A DNA stretch of 64,000 nt from Candidatus Eiseniibacteriota bacterium (lineage in GTDB: Bacteria; Eisenbacteria; RBG-16-71-46; JABDJR01), in assembly GCA_963762255.1 (NCBI GenBank), contig CAVXKA010000001.1:480001-544000 (forward strand), in the 5' to 3' direction. Within the stretch, counting starts at the first letter, position 1; every line of letters starts with the position of its first letter. Made by a program: the position numbers and the translations under genes. Of this stretch, positions 42,839-52,762 are shown in pieces. The notes beneath the pieces were generated by a model. It was not told the origin of the DNA. It searched no databases and saw nothing but the letters and a program-made list of their open reading frames with translations.

Positions 42839-43693
42839 ATGAGCCTGACGACGAAACCGCCGCCCTGGCGCTTCCGGGGCGGCGGTTTCGATTTCAGCCG
42901 GGCACGGGTTGCGGGCATCGTCAACGTGACCCCCGACTCCTTCTCCGACGGCGGCCGGTTCCTCGATGCCTCGGCGGCGATCCACCACGCCGAATCGCTC
43001 GTCCGCGAGGGGGCCGACCTTCTCGACGTCGGCGGGGAGAGCACCCGTCCCGGCTCCGATCCGGTCTCCGTCGAGGAGGAACTTCGACGAGTCGTGCCGG
43101 TCATCCGCGAGGCCGCGCGTTTCGGCGTGCCGGTCTCCATCGACACCGCCAAGCCCGCGGTGGCGCGCGAAGCCATCGAGGCGGGCGCCGCGATCGTCAA
43201 CGACATCACCGCCCTCGGCGATCCGGCCATGGCCGGTCTGGCCGCGGAGTCCGGCGTCGGGCTCATCCTGATGCACATGCGCGGCACCCCGCGCACGATG
43301 CAGGACGCTCCTCACTACGACGATCTCCTGGGTGAGATTCGAGAGTTCCTGATCGAGCGGCGGGCCCGCGCCGAAGCCGCCGGCGTCCCCCGCGAGCGCA
43401 TCGTGCTGGACCCGGGCATCGGCTTCGGCAAGACGACGGCGCACAACCTGGAGATCCTGAGCCGGCTTGCCGAGATCGTCGCCCTCGGCTCCCCGCTCCT
43501 GGTCGGCGTGTCCCGGAAGCGTTTCATCGGGGCGGTGACCGGCATCGAGGATCCCGCCGAGCGCCTCGCGGGGAGCCTCGCCGCCGCGGTGGCGGCCCGA
43601 TCGGCGGGCGCCGTACTCGTTCGAGCCCACGACGTCCGGGCCACTCGTGAAGCCCTCGCGGTGGCCGACGCGATCCTGCGCGGCCGCCAGTAA
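42839..43693 (+). CDS. folP: Dihydropteroate synthase
   Basis: NVTPDSFSDGG, GGESTRPG, DPGIGFGK, SRKRF. Confidence 0.96.
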   Translation: MSLTTKPPPWRFRGGGFDFSRARVAGIVNVTPDSFSDGGRFLDASAAIHHAESLVREGADLLDVGGESTRPGSDPVSVEEELRRVVPVIREAARFGVPVSIDTAKPAVAREAIEAGAAIVNDITALGDPAMAGLAAESGVGLILMHMRGTPRTMQDAPHYDDLLGEIREFLIERRARAEAAGVPRERIVLDPGIGFGKTTAHNLEILSRLAEIVALGSPLLVGVSRKRFIGAVTGIEDPAERLAGSLAAAVAARSAGAVLVRAHDVRATREALAVADAILRGRQ

Positions 43694-43777
43694 GTTCTCG
43701 CCTTTGCCGCGCGTGGAATGCGAGAATCAGGACGGCAGCGCTCCCCACCCCTGTCGCACCGCGAATCGGCTTTGAAC

Positions 43778-44590
43778 ATGCTGGATCTACTGCGGAAATA
43801 CTGGCGGGACATTCTCGACGTCCTCATCCTGGCCAGTCTGTTCTATTACTTGTTCCGCTTCATCCGCGGCACGCGCGCGGCACAGATGTTCGTGGGGCTC
43901 CTCATCATCGTGTTCGCATCGATCGGTGCCGGCCTGCTTCAGCTCGACGGGCTCAACTGGATGATCTCGAGCCTGCGCACGGTGTGGGTACTCGCCTTCC
44001 TCATCATCTTCCAGCCCGAGCTCCGCAAGGCCCTCACGTCCCTGGGCGGCGGGAAGGTCTTCAGCTCGTTCACGCGCGGGCGCGAGTCGTCGATTCTCGG
44101 CGAGTTGGTCCGGGCGGTGGAAGGACTCTCCGAGAAGCATCTGGGCGGGCTGGTGGTCATCGAGCGCACGGTGGGACTCAAGAACATCGTGGAGACCGGA
44201 ACGCTGCTCGAGGGGCGGGTCTCGGCCGAACTCCTGATGACCATCTTCACCCCGCCGTCGCCGCTGCACGACGGGGCGGTCGTCATCTCGGGGACGCAGG
44301 TCGTGGCCGCGGGGTGCATCCTTCCGCTGAGCCAGAATCCGCGCCTCGCCTACGCGCTCGGCACCCGCCACCGCGCCGCGCTCGGCATCAGCGAGGAAAG
44401 TGACGCGATCGCGGTGGTGGTCAGCGAGGAGACGGCTCAGATCTCTATCGCGGAGGGCGGGCGCCTTATTCCCAACCTGGATCCGGGGACGCTTCGCAGC
44501 ACGCTCGCCACCCTGTTCAAGGCACGCCCGCAGCCCCAACCCCCTACGGAGAACGAAGCTAGGCCGGAAGAGGCGGCGGCTCGCACCTAG
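43778..44590 (+). CDS. cdaA: Diadenylate cyclase CdaA/DacA
   Basis: Three N-terminal TMs, FQPELR, LHDGA, GTRHRAA, VSEE. Confidence 0.93.
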   Translation: MLDLLRKYWRDILDVLILASLFYYLFRFIRGTRAAQMFVGLLIIVFASIGAGLLQLDGLNWMISSLRTVWVLAFLIIFQPELRKALTSLGGGKVFSSFTRGRESSILGELVRAVEGLSEKHLGGLVVIERTVGLKNIVETGTLLEGRVSAELLMTIFTPPSPLHDGAVVISGTQVVAAGCILPLSQNPRLAYALGTRHRAALGISEESDAIAVVVSEETAQISIAEGGRLIPNLDPGTLRSTLATLFKARPQPQPPTENEARPEEAAART

Positions 44591-44897
44591 CCCCGGAGCG
44601 ACGATTCTGTTCTGTGTATGACCGTCATTCACAAAAAGTATAGGCTAATCGGACCCCCCCCTCCTATTCTCTGGCCCGCTCTAACGACCGGGACGACGCC
44701 TGACCAGGCGTTCCCATGGAAGCTCGTTCGCCAGGCCCGATGGCTAGCCGCGCCGCCGGAAACCGGAACGAGTGGGTACGAGGGCTTTGACAAGGCGGAT
44801 CAACTGCCAAGTCGATGGCAGGATCCGCCGGGGTCCCGTTCGGGGCTCTCAGCGGCAGCCGGCAAGGCCGGCTTAAAGATCGGAAGACAAGGAAACC

Positions 44898-45497
44898 ATG
44901 AAGACCAAACTCTTCGTGTCCGTTGCTCTTGTGCTTGCGGTGGGCCTGGCGGGATGCGCAAAGGTCCCGGCGGAGAAGGTGACAGCGGCGGAGACTGCGC
45001 TCAGCGCAGCGATGTCTGCGGAAGCCCAGATCTATGCCCCGCAGGCGGTGGCAGCGGCTCGTGACTCCCTCAACGCCGCGAAGGCGGAGATCGAGGCACA
45101 GAACAAGTCGTTCGTGCTGATGCGCCGCTACGGCAAGGCTACCGCGCTCCTGACTGCGGCGGAAACCGCCGCCACCAACGCGGCCCAGGAAGCCACCACG
45201 CGCAAGGCGCAGGTTCGCGCCAACGTGGAAACCCTCATGACCAACGCGACCGCTGCGGTCGACTCGGTGGCCACGCTGCTGGCCAAGGCGCCGGTGGGCA
45301 AGGACAACCGGGCCGACGTCGAGTTGATGAAGGCGGATCTCGAGGCCATGCGGACCTCGTTGACCGACATCCGCGGCCTGTACGATCAGGGCGCCTACAT
45401 GGACGCCCAGACCAAGGCTGAGGCGCTCATGGAGCAGCTCAACCGGATGGCCGCCGAGATCGAGGCAGCCAAGGCCGCCAAGGCCATGAAGAAGTAG
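44898..45497 (+). CDS. Ala-rich helical lipoprotein (DUF4398-like) ending in KK
   Basis: Lipobox LAGC; AEAQIYAP motif; AAGGA RBS. Confidence 0.8.
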   Translation: MKTKLFVSVALVLAVGLAGCAKVPAEKVTAAETALSAAMSAEAQIYAPQAVAAARDSLNAAKAEIEAQNKSFVLMRRYGKATALLTAAETAATNAAQEATTRKAQVRANVETLMTNATAAVDSVATLLAKAPVGKDNRADVELMKADLEAMRTSLTDIRGLYDQGAYMDAQTKAEALMEQLNRMAAEIEAAKAAKAMKK

Positions 45498-45520
45498 CTC
45501 CGCCTGGAGCTCATGTGGAG

Positions 45521-45552
45521 AAGAGCCGGGTCAACATGACCCGGCTCTTTCC
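45521..45552 (+). terminator. Intrinsic terminator
   Basis: AAGAGCCGGGTCA-ACA-TGACCCGGCTCTT followed by T-rich sequence. Confidence 0.8.
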
Positions 45553-45561
45553 TTATACTCT

Positions 45562-46698
45562 GTGACCATGCACAACCCGTCGTTCCCTCGTATGACCTCC
45601 GCCCGCCGTCTTCGCGGGTGGTGGATCCTGACTGCCTCGGCCACCCTGTTCTTTGCCGAGGGCTGCGGCCGGGTGCCCGTCGAAGACTTCCGGCCCGCCC
45701 AGGCCGCTCTCAATCGGGCGCGCGAGGCTCGCGCCGAAGAGTACGCGCCCGCCGCGCTCGATTCCGCTCAGGCGTTTCTCGCGCGCGCCTCGGCGATGAA
45801 CATCTCGGTTCCCCGCACCTGGTACGGGTGGCCCAAGTCCGACTTGATACGAGGCGCCATCACGGAGTCCGTCCGCTGGTCGATCCTCGCGGTCGACACC
45901 TCGGACAGCCTTCACACTGACAGGATCCACCGCAACCGCGTCCACCTGACGGGAGCGGAACGAGAGCTCCGCGCCATCGAGAGTCAGCTTTCGAACGCAT
46001 CCGGCAAGCGCACCAATCGCCGCCTGCTCCGCCAGGCGCAGGTCGATCTCAAGGAAGCCGGGAAGTGGCTGGACCGCGGCGAAGCCGCCCGAGCGGAGGC
46101 CGTGCTGGCCCGCCTGCAACTTCGCTCCTCCGATCTCGGCACGCGGGCGGCCGAAGATCTTCGCCGATTCGACAATCCAGATGCCCAGAAGAACTGGCGC
46201 AAGTGGCTCACCGAGGGCATGCGAATCGCGCAGAACGGACGCAAGCTCCTCGTCATCGAAAAGGAGTCGCGCACGAGCTACCTCGTACACAAGGGGCGGG
46301 TGCTGTACCGGACGCCGGTGGACCTGGGCGTCGAGGGCACGCGCGTCAAGACGAGCCAGGGCGATCTCGCCACCCCCGAAGGTCTTTACACGATCACCAA
46401 GAAGAAGGGGAACGGCCAGACCAAGTACTACAAGGCGCTTCTCCTCGACTACCCCAACGCCGAGGACGTGGCCCGCTTCCGCGCGCTGAAGAAGCGCGGC
46501 GCAATCAGCGCGAACGCGAGGCTGGGCGGGCTGATCGAAGTGCACGGCGACGGGGGGCGCGGCGAGGACTGGACGCTGGGCTGCGTGGCCATCGGCAACT
46601 CGGAGATGGATCGCCTCTACCGAGAACTGAGCGTGGGCGACAAGGTCGCGATTGTGGGTCGCGTGCCCGAAGACGTGTTGCGGGGAACGGCCCGATGA
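45562..46698 (+). CDS. L,D-transpeptidase (YkuD) with N-terminal DUF4398-like helical domain
   Basis: GDLATPEGLY, LLLDYPN, IEVHG..WTLGCV catalytic His/Cys. Confidence 0.85.
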   Translation: MTMHNPSFPRMTSARRLRGWWILTASATLFFAEGCGRVPVEDFRPAQAALNRAREARAEEYAPAALDSAQAFLARASAMNISVPRTWYGWPKSDLIRGAITESVRWSILAVDTSDSLHTDRIHRNRVHLTGAERELRAIESQLSNASGKRTNRRLLRQAQVDLKEAGKWLDRGEAARAEAVLARLQLRSSDLGTRAAEDLRRFDNPDAQKNWRKWLTEGMRIAQNGRKLLVIEKESRTSYLVHKGRVLYRTPVDLGVEGTRVKTSQGDLATPEGLYTITKKKGNGQTKYYKALLLDYPNAEDVARFRALKKRGAISANARLGGLIEVHGDGGRGEDWTLGCVAIGNSEMDRLYRELSVGDKVAIVGRVPEDVLRGTAR

Positions 46699-47324
46699 GC
46701 CGGCGCGCAGTGTGGTTCGCCGGTCTGACCGCGGCCTGGTGTCTCGTCTCGTGCAGTCAGCCGAGCGCGGAGATCAACATCGACGAACTCCGCAAGCAAG
46801 ATGCGGAGATCCGCAAGGAAGTGCAGGAGCTGGCGAAGACTCAGAATCAGTTGAGCAAAGAGTTCGCCAAGCTCGGACCCCGCGGCACCTACGTCGTCGT
46901 CGACACCTATCGCAACGAGATCTCGCTCTTCAAAGACGACAAGCTGGTGGTCAGGGACCACTGCTCGACCGGAACCAACTCGACCTTGGTGGATTCCCTT
47001 TCGGGACGCGAGTGGACGTTTCGCACACCCCGCGGCCAGCGCACCATCCGCAGCTCGGCCAAGGCCGACCCGGTCTGGATCCGCCCCGATTGGGCGTTCG
47101 TGGAGGAGGGGCTGCCCCCGCCCAAGAGCTACGACGAGCGCCTCGAGGAAGGCGTGCTCGGGAAGTACGCCCTTCCGATCGGCGACGGGTACTTCATCCA
47201 CGGCACACTCTACACACGTCTTCTGGGCTATCCCGCCACTCACGGCTGCATCCGCGTCGGCGACAAGACCCTGGAGACCATCGTGAAGGACGCACGTGCG
47301 GGCACCCCGGTTGTCATCTACTAG
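46695..47324 (+). CDS. L,D-transpeptidase (YkuD) lipoprotein
   Basis: ATGA overlap; LVSC lipobox, short coiled coil, TPRG, YFIHGT..ATHGCIR. Confidence 0.85.
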   Translation: MSRRAVWFAGLTAAWCLVSCSQPSAEINIDELRKQDAEIRKEVQELAKTQNQLSKEFAKLGPRGTYVVVDTYRNEISLFKDDKLVVRDHCSTGTNSTLVDSLSGREWTFRTPRGQRTIRSSAKADPVWIRPDWAFVEEGLPPPKSYDERLEEGVLGKYALPIGDGYFIHGTLYTRLLGYPATHGCIRVGDKTLETIVKDARAGTPVVIY

Positions 47325-48045
47325 GCGCATCGGGCGAGCTGCGGCGCTGCTGGGGATGGCCCTGCTCGGCGCCGGCTGCGGGGAGAAGCGCCCCGCCCCT
47401 TCCAGCTCCGAAGCCGGCCGCGTCCTCGCCACACACGACTCCCTCCTCGCGGCACGCGACGCACGCCTCTACGAGGTCGCCTGGCTGCGATCCGAGCTGC
47501 GCGCCGCGCGTGAGAAGACGCCCTACCTCGTCCTGGACTTCGACAGAAACGTCGTGTGGTTGAAGGTCGGCGGAGCCGCATTCGACTCCCTTGTAGTCGG
47601 CGATCACGACCTCGACATCCCCGACGCGGATACGCTCGGGTTGGGCTCGCTGCATCGCATCCTGGCCGCCGAAGTCCTTGCCGCGCGACCGGCCAAGCTC
47701 GACGTGGACACCACGGTGGACAAGGCGGCGGCGATCCTCGCCCGGATGATCCCGCCGCGCCCGAAGCCGCTGCGTTTCGTGATCCACTCCGAGGACTTGA
47801 GCGTTCGCTTCACCGCGGGCAAAGTGCGCACTTGGGAGGACATCAAGCTCTTTGTGCAGCGCTCGTGGGGAGCCCCGCCCGACAGCATCGCCTCGGAGCC
47901 CCGCACGCGGCTCGATGTCGTGATCAACGCCGAGGACCTGACGCGGCTCGAGCACTTCGTGGATCGGCGGATGCCGCTCCTCCTGCGGTTCTCCCCCCAG
48001 GAGCGCGAGCGGCTGATGCGGCACGATGCAGAACATCGAGATTAA
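47296..48045 (+). CDS. Putative lipoprotein with degenerate YkuD-like fold (no catalytic motif)
   Basis: GAGC lipobox; PYLVLDFDRNVVWLK resembles YkuD first strands; no HG..GC. Confidence 0.5.
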   Translation: MRAPRLSSTRRIGRAAALLGMALLGAGCGEKRPAPSSSEAGRVLATHDSLLAARDARLYEVAWLRSELRAAREKTPYLVLDFDRNVVWLKVGGAAFDSLVVGDHDLDIPDADTLGLGSLHRILAAEVLAARPAKLDVDTTVDKAAAILARMIPPRPKPLRFVIHSEDLSVRFTAGKVRTWEDIKLFVQRSWGAPPDSIASEPRTRLDVVINAEDLTRLEHFVDRRMPLLLRFSPQERERLMRHDAEHRD

Positions 48046-48538
48046 GACCTCGCTCCCCGATCCCGCGGTCGTCGAGTCGCGCGTGCGCGCCGCGGGGGCG
48101 GCGTTCCAGTGGTCCCACCGCCAACGCGACGTCTTCTTCCGGGTGCCGGCGGGGTATCTGAAGCTGCGCACCTCGGAGGGAGGCGCGGGCGAGTTGATCG
48201 CCTACGACCGCGCGGCCGGCACCGATCCGCGCCCCTCCGATTACGACATCGCTCCAGTTGCCGAACCCGCCGCTCTGGAAGCGGTGCTGTCGCGGAGCCT
48301 CGGGACGCGAGGCGTCGTCGAGAAGGTGCGCCGGCTCTACCTCTGGCGGCACACGCGGATTCACCTGGACGAGGTGACGGGGTTGGGGTCGTTTCTGGAG
48401 CTGGAAACGGTGGTGCGCGGCATCTCGCGCGAGGATGCCGAGACGGAAGCGCGGGAGCTGATCGGAATCCTGGAGCTCGATCCGGCGCGGTTTCTGGACC
48501 GACCGTACCTGGAGATGCTCGAATCCCCGGGTGCTTGA
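48026..48538 (+). CDS. CYTH-domain protein (class IV adenylate cyclase family)
   Basis: NIEIK, QRDVFF, LKLR, VEKVR, IHLDEV..LGSFLELE, PY. Confidence 0.88.
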   Translation: MQNIEIKTSLPDPAVVESRVRAAGAAFQWSHRQRDVFFRVPAGYLKLRTSEGGAGELIAYDRAAGTDPRPSDYDIAPVAEPAALEAVLSRSLGTRGVVEKVRRLYLWRHTRIHLDEVTGLGSFLELETVVRGISREDAETEARELIGILELDPARFLDRPYLEMLESPGA

Positions 48539-50341
48539 TCAGCCCAAATCCGCGCGGTCCGAATCCCCCATCGTCATGCCGGCCGGGAAGTATTCCGCCC
48601 ACCGCGCATCGACTTTCCGCGCGGTGTCGGGATCGCAGAAGAGCTCCTCGGGGAAGCCGGGCTTCAAGCGCGCGTCAATGACCACCGGCGCGCGATAGGT
48701 CACGTGATGCCGCGTGACCTCGAACCCCGCGGCGTGGATATCCGCGCCGGGCTCGAAGCGCGTGAAGGTGGTCCAGAGGAACCTCGGCACGCTCCGCACC
48801 GCAGCGCCCGCGTCGTCCACCAGCACGAGGAGCGGCCAATCACGGAACGATTCATGACGCGCCAGCCGCACCGGAGCCGCCGGGTCCTCGGCGAAGGACG
48901 GCCCCGACACCACCAGACATCCGCCGCAGAACACGCGCGTCTCGCGCACGTCTCCCGGAGGCTCACCGGCGAACTCGCGCGGCAGCTCGCGGATCGGCTC
49001 GCCGACGCCCAGGAGCACCCCCTTCGAGCCCTCGTTCACCTTCGGCCCCGTATAGTCGAGGGTGTCCATGGAGAGGTTCGAGAAGACGTAGAGATCGCTG
49101 CGGAAGTCGGCACGCGCCAGCACGTGCTCCAGCACCGCGCGGAAATCGCGAAGATCCATCGGCTGATCCAGCACGAGCAGGAACTTGGTCAGCGAGAGCT
49201 GCCCCTCGCCGAGGATGCGAAACGCCGAGGCCATCGCCTCGCGCTTGTAGCGCTGCTTCACCACCGCGGCCGCGAGAGAGTGATAGCCGGTCTCGCCATA
49301 GGACCACAGATCGACCACCGACGGCATCACCAGAGGGAACACGGGCGCAAGCAACTCTTGCAGGAAGTCGCCGATGAAGAAGTCCTCCTGACGAGGCTTT
49401 CCGACCACCGTCGCCGGGAAGATCGGATCGCGCCGGCGCAACAGCGCGCGGCAGCGGAAGACCGGATAGTCGTGCTTGAGCGAGTAGTACCCGTAGTGAT
49501 CGCCGAAGGGGCCTTCCGGCGCGCGCTCGTGCGGGGTCACCTCGCCGACCAGCACGAACTCGGCGTCGGCGGGGACGGGGAGGGAACCGGCCGGGTTTGC
49601 CGCCATCGAGAGCTTTCCACCCAAGACCAGCGACGCCAGCAATAGCTCCGGCACGTTCTCCGGCAGCGGTGCGATCGCGGCCAGGATGAGCGCGGGCGGT
49701 CCACCCAGGATGACGTTCACCGGCAGCGCCTCGCCGCGCGCCTCCGCAATCGCGTAGTGGAAGCCGCCCCCCTTGCCGATCTGCCAGTGCATGCCGGCCC
49801 GGATCGCGTCATGGATCTGGATGCGGTACATGCCGAGGTTATGGCCGCCCGTCTCGGGGTGCTCGGTGTAGACAAGCGGCAGCGTGAGGAACGGGCCGCC
49901 GTCGCCGGACCATGTGGTGAGCGTGGGAAGACGACGCAGGTCGGGAGCCGTCTCGCATGTCTCGAGCACCGCGCCGCCCCGCCGCTGCCGCAGCCCCACC
50001 TTGGCCAGCGCGCCGATCGTGCCGCGTTGGCCCCATAGCTTGGGCCATGTAGGCGGCATGAGCCGCTCCGGCATCGCCGCGATCGCGCGCACCAGCTCGC
50101 GGGGGCGCGGGCCGAACGCCATCTCGACACGCTTCGCGGTCCCGAACAAGTTGGTCACCACGGGGTACGGCGATTCGCCGACCCGGGTGAACAGGAGGGC
50201 GGGCCCCCCGGCGGCGATCACGCGGCGATGCACCTCGGCGATCTCAAGGCGCGGATCCACCGGCGCCGAGATTTCGACCAGTTCCCGCTCGGCGCGCAAC
50301 GCCTCGACAAAAGTCCTCAGATCGCCCGCAGGCGGACTCAG
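48539..50341 (-). CDS. ubiD: UbiD-family decarboxylase (probable CTG start coupled to the aconitase stop)
   Basis: EIAEVHRR, NLGMYR, EGPFGDHYGYY, VVGKPRQED. Confidence 0.9.
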   Translation of the reverse strand: MSPPAGDLRTFVEALRAERELVEISAPVDPRLEIAEVHRRVIAAGGPALLFTRVGESPYPVVTNLFGTAKRVEMAFGPRPRELVRAIAAMPERLMPPTWPKLWGQRGTIGALAKVGLRQRRGGAVLETCETAPDLRRLPTLTTWSGDGGPFLTLPLVYTEHPETGGHNLGMYRIQIHDAIRAGMHWQIGKGGGFHYAIAEARGEALPVNVILGGPPALILAAIAPLPENVPELLLASLVLGGKLSMAANPAGSLPVPADAEFVLVGEVTPHERAPEGPFGDHYGYYSLKHDYPVFRCRALLRRRDPIFPATVVGKPRQEDFFIGDFLQELLAPVFPLVMPSVVDLWSYGETGYHSLAAAVVKQRYKREAMASAFRILGEGQLSLTKFLLVLDQPMDLRDFRAVLEHVLARADFRSDLYVFSNLSMDTLDYTGPKVNEGSKGVLLGVGEPIRELPREFAGEPPGDVRETRVFCGGCLVVSGPSFAEDPAAPVRLARHESFRDWPLLVLVDDAGAAVRSVPRFLWTTFTRFEPGADIHAAGFEVTRHHVTYRAPVVIDARLKPGFPEELFCDPDTARKVDARWAEYFPAGMTMGDSDRADLG

Positions 50342-52620
50342 TGCATTCCTCCCTGCTTGCGCAGCACGTTCAGCGCGCTTCCGGCGCGGAACCACTCGAT
50401 CTGCTCCCGGTTGTAGCTCTGCTTGAGCTCCACCCGATCGGTCGTGCCGTCCTCGTGGTGCAGCACCGCGAACAGGTTCTTGGCCGGGGCCAGCGACTCG
50501 AGCCCCTCGATGGTGACCGTGTCGGTCTCGCGCACCTTCTCATAGTCCGCCGAGTTCACCAGCGTGAACGGAAGCACACCCTGCTTCTTGAGATTGGTCT
50601 CGTGAATGCGCGCGAAGGACCGCGCGATGATCGCACCCGCACCCAGGAGCCGCGGCGACATCGCCGCGTGCTCGCGGCTCGATCCCTCGCCGTAGTTCTC
50701 GTCCCCCACGACCACCCACAGCTTCCCCTGCGCCTTGAGCGCGCGGGCCGCCTCCGGCACCGGCCGGTCCTTCTCGCCGGTCACCGGATTGCGGGTCACC
50801 CCGCGGCCGCCGGTGAACGCGTTGATGGCGCCGGTGAACATGTTGTCGCTGATCCGGTCGAGGTGCCCGCGGAACTTGAGCCACGGCCCCGCCGGGGAGA
50901 TGTGGTCGGTCGTGGTCTTCCCCTTGGTCTTGAGCAGGAGCGGCATCTCGCGGTAGCGGTCGAACTGAGGCGCGGCGAACGGCGTCAAGCGCTCCAGGCG
51001 CTCGCTGGTCGGCGACACCGCGACCTCGATCGCGTCCGGGTTCTCCGAAGGCGCGATGTACCCCTCGCGCGCGAACACGAAACCGCTGGCGGGGACTTCC
51101 GGCGCCGGCTTCGGCGGCTCCAGCTTCCACTCCTTCCCGTCCGCGCTCTTGAGCGCATCGCGGCGCGGGTCGAACGAGAGCCTCCCACCGAGGCCCAGCG
51201 CCATCACGATCTCGGGGCTGGCGATGAAGGCGAGCGTCTCCGGGTTCGCGTCGTTGCGTCCCGGGAAGTTGCGGTTGAAGGTGGTGACGATCGAGTTCTT
51301 CTCGCCCTTCTGGATCTCGTCGCGCTTCCACTGGCCGATGCACGGACCGCACGCGTTGGCGAGCACGGTAGCCCCCGCCGCCTCCAGCGCGGCCATCTGG
51401 CCGTCGCGACGGATGGTGGCCATGACCTGCTCGCTGCCCGGCGTCACCAGGAGCGGCATCGCCAGCTTGGATCCGTGTTGCGCGGCTTGCACGGCCACGT
51501 CGGCGGCCCGGGAGATGTCCTCGTAGGAGGAATTGGTGCAGGAGCCGATGAGGCTCACCGAGATGCGATCCGGATACGCGTTCTCCGCAACCGCCTTCGC
51601 CACTTCGGAGAGCGGCCGCGCCAGATCCGGGGTATGCGGCCCCACCAGATGCGGCTCGAGCTTCGAGAGATCGAGTTCCAGGATCTGATGGAAGAACTTC
51701 TCGGGGTGCTTCTCCACTTCGGCGTCGGGGGTGACAAGATCGCGATTGGCGCGCGCGAGATCGGCCAGGGCTTCTCGGCGGGTGGCCCGCAGATAGGTGT
51801 CCATCCGGTCGTCGAACGCGAAGACCGAGGTGGTGGCGCCGAGTTCCGCACCCATGTTGCAGATCGTGCCCTTGCCGGTGGCGCTGATCGAGGCGGCGCC
51901 AGGGCCGAAGTACTCGACGATGCAGTTGGTGCCGCCCTTCACGGTGAGCTTTCCGCACACCCAGAGGATGACGTCCTTGGGCGCGGTCCAGCCCGACATC
52001 GTGCCGGTGAGGTGCACGCCGATGAGCTTCGGCTGCAAGACCTCCCAGGGGAATCCGGCCATGACGTCCACCGCGTCGGCGCCCCCCACGCCGCACGCGC
52101 ACATGCCGAGCCCGCCCGCGTTGGGCGTGTGCGAGTCGGTTCCGATCATGAGGCCGCCGGGGAACGCGTAGTTCTCGAGCACGACCTGGTGGATGATCCC
52201 CGAGCCGGGTTTCCAGAAGCCGATGCCGTACTTGGCCGAAACCGTGCGCAGGAATTCGTAGACCTCGCGGTTCTCGCTGTTGGCCGTGTCCAGGTCCGGC
52301 GTCGCGCCGGAATGGGCGCGGATGAGGTGATCGCAGTGCACGGAACTCGGCACCGCGGCCTCGGACTTGCCGGCCATCATGAACTGGAGGAGTGCCATTT
52401 GGGCGGTGGCGTCCTGCATCGCCACGCGATCGGGGCGGAGTTCGAGGTAGGCCTCACCGGCGGCGAGGTGCTGCTCGCGCGGCTTGTCGAGGTGACCGAA
52501 GAGGATCTTCTCGGCGAGCGTAAGGTGGCGGCCCAGGCGTCCCCGTACGATTTCGAGGTTGTTCCGCGAACGGGCATAGACGCGCTGGACGAGTTCTTGC
52601 GTGGTTTCGATCTGTGCCAT
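50338..52620 (-). CDS. acnA: Aconitate hydratase (mitochondrial-like)
   Basis: DRVAMQDATAQ, HCDH, IGSCTNSS, ACGPCIG, TTDHISPAG, GSSREHA. Confidence 0.95.
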   Translation of the reverse strand: MAQIETTQELVQRVYARSRNNLEIVRGRLGRHLTLAEKILFGHLDKPREQHLAAGEAYLELRPDRVAMQDATAQMALLQFMMAGKSEAAVPSSVHCDHLIRAHSGATPDLDTANSENREVYEFLRTVSAKYGIGFWKPGSGIIHQVVLENYAFPGGLMIGTDSHTPNAGGLGMCACGVGGADAVDVMAGFPWEVLQPKLIGVHLTGTMSGWTAPKDVILWVCGKLTVKGGTNCIVEYFGPGAASISATGKGTICNMGAELGATTSVFAFDDRMDTYLRATRREALADLARANRDLVTPDAEVEKHPEKFFHQILELDLSKLEPHLVGPHTPDLARPLSEVAKAVAENAYPDRISVSLIGSCTNSSYEDISRAADVAVQAAQHGSKLAMPLLVTPGSEQVMATIRRDGQMAALEAAGATVLANACGPCIGQWKRDEIQKGEKNSIVTTFNRNFPGRNDANPETLAFIASPEIVMALGLGGRLSFDPRRDALKSADGKEWKLEPPKPAPEVPASGFVFAREGYIAPSENPDAIEVAVSPTSERLERLTPFAAPQFDRYREMPLLLKTKGKTTTDHISPAGPWLKFRGHLDRISDNMFTGAINAFTGGRGVTRNPVTGEKDRPVPEAARALKAQGKLWVVVGDENYGEGSSREHAAMSPRLLGAGAIIARSFARIHETNLKKQGVLPFTLVNSADYEKVRETDTVTIEGLESLAPAKNLFAVLHHEDGTTDRVELKQSYNREQIEWFRAGSALNVLRKQGGMH

Positions 52621-52762
52621 GGCCTTCTCTCCTTGGGCGATTTGGAAGCCCAAGAGCATAGACCAAACCGCCCGAGGTGTTCACCCCGGGCGATCCGGTT
52701 GGCGAGAAGGGATGGCCGGCGGCCATCTTGGGCGCGTTGGGGGATCGCCGCGCCCGGGCGAT

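Noticed and set aside
44600-44897. c-di-AMP (ydaO) or c-di-GMP-I riboswitch
   Set aside because: Diagnostic conserved segments were not found; kept only as an unassigned structured leader
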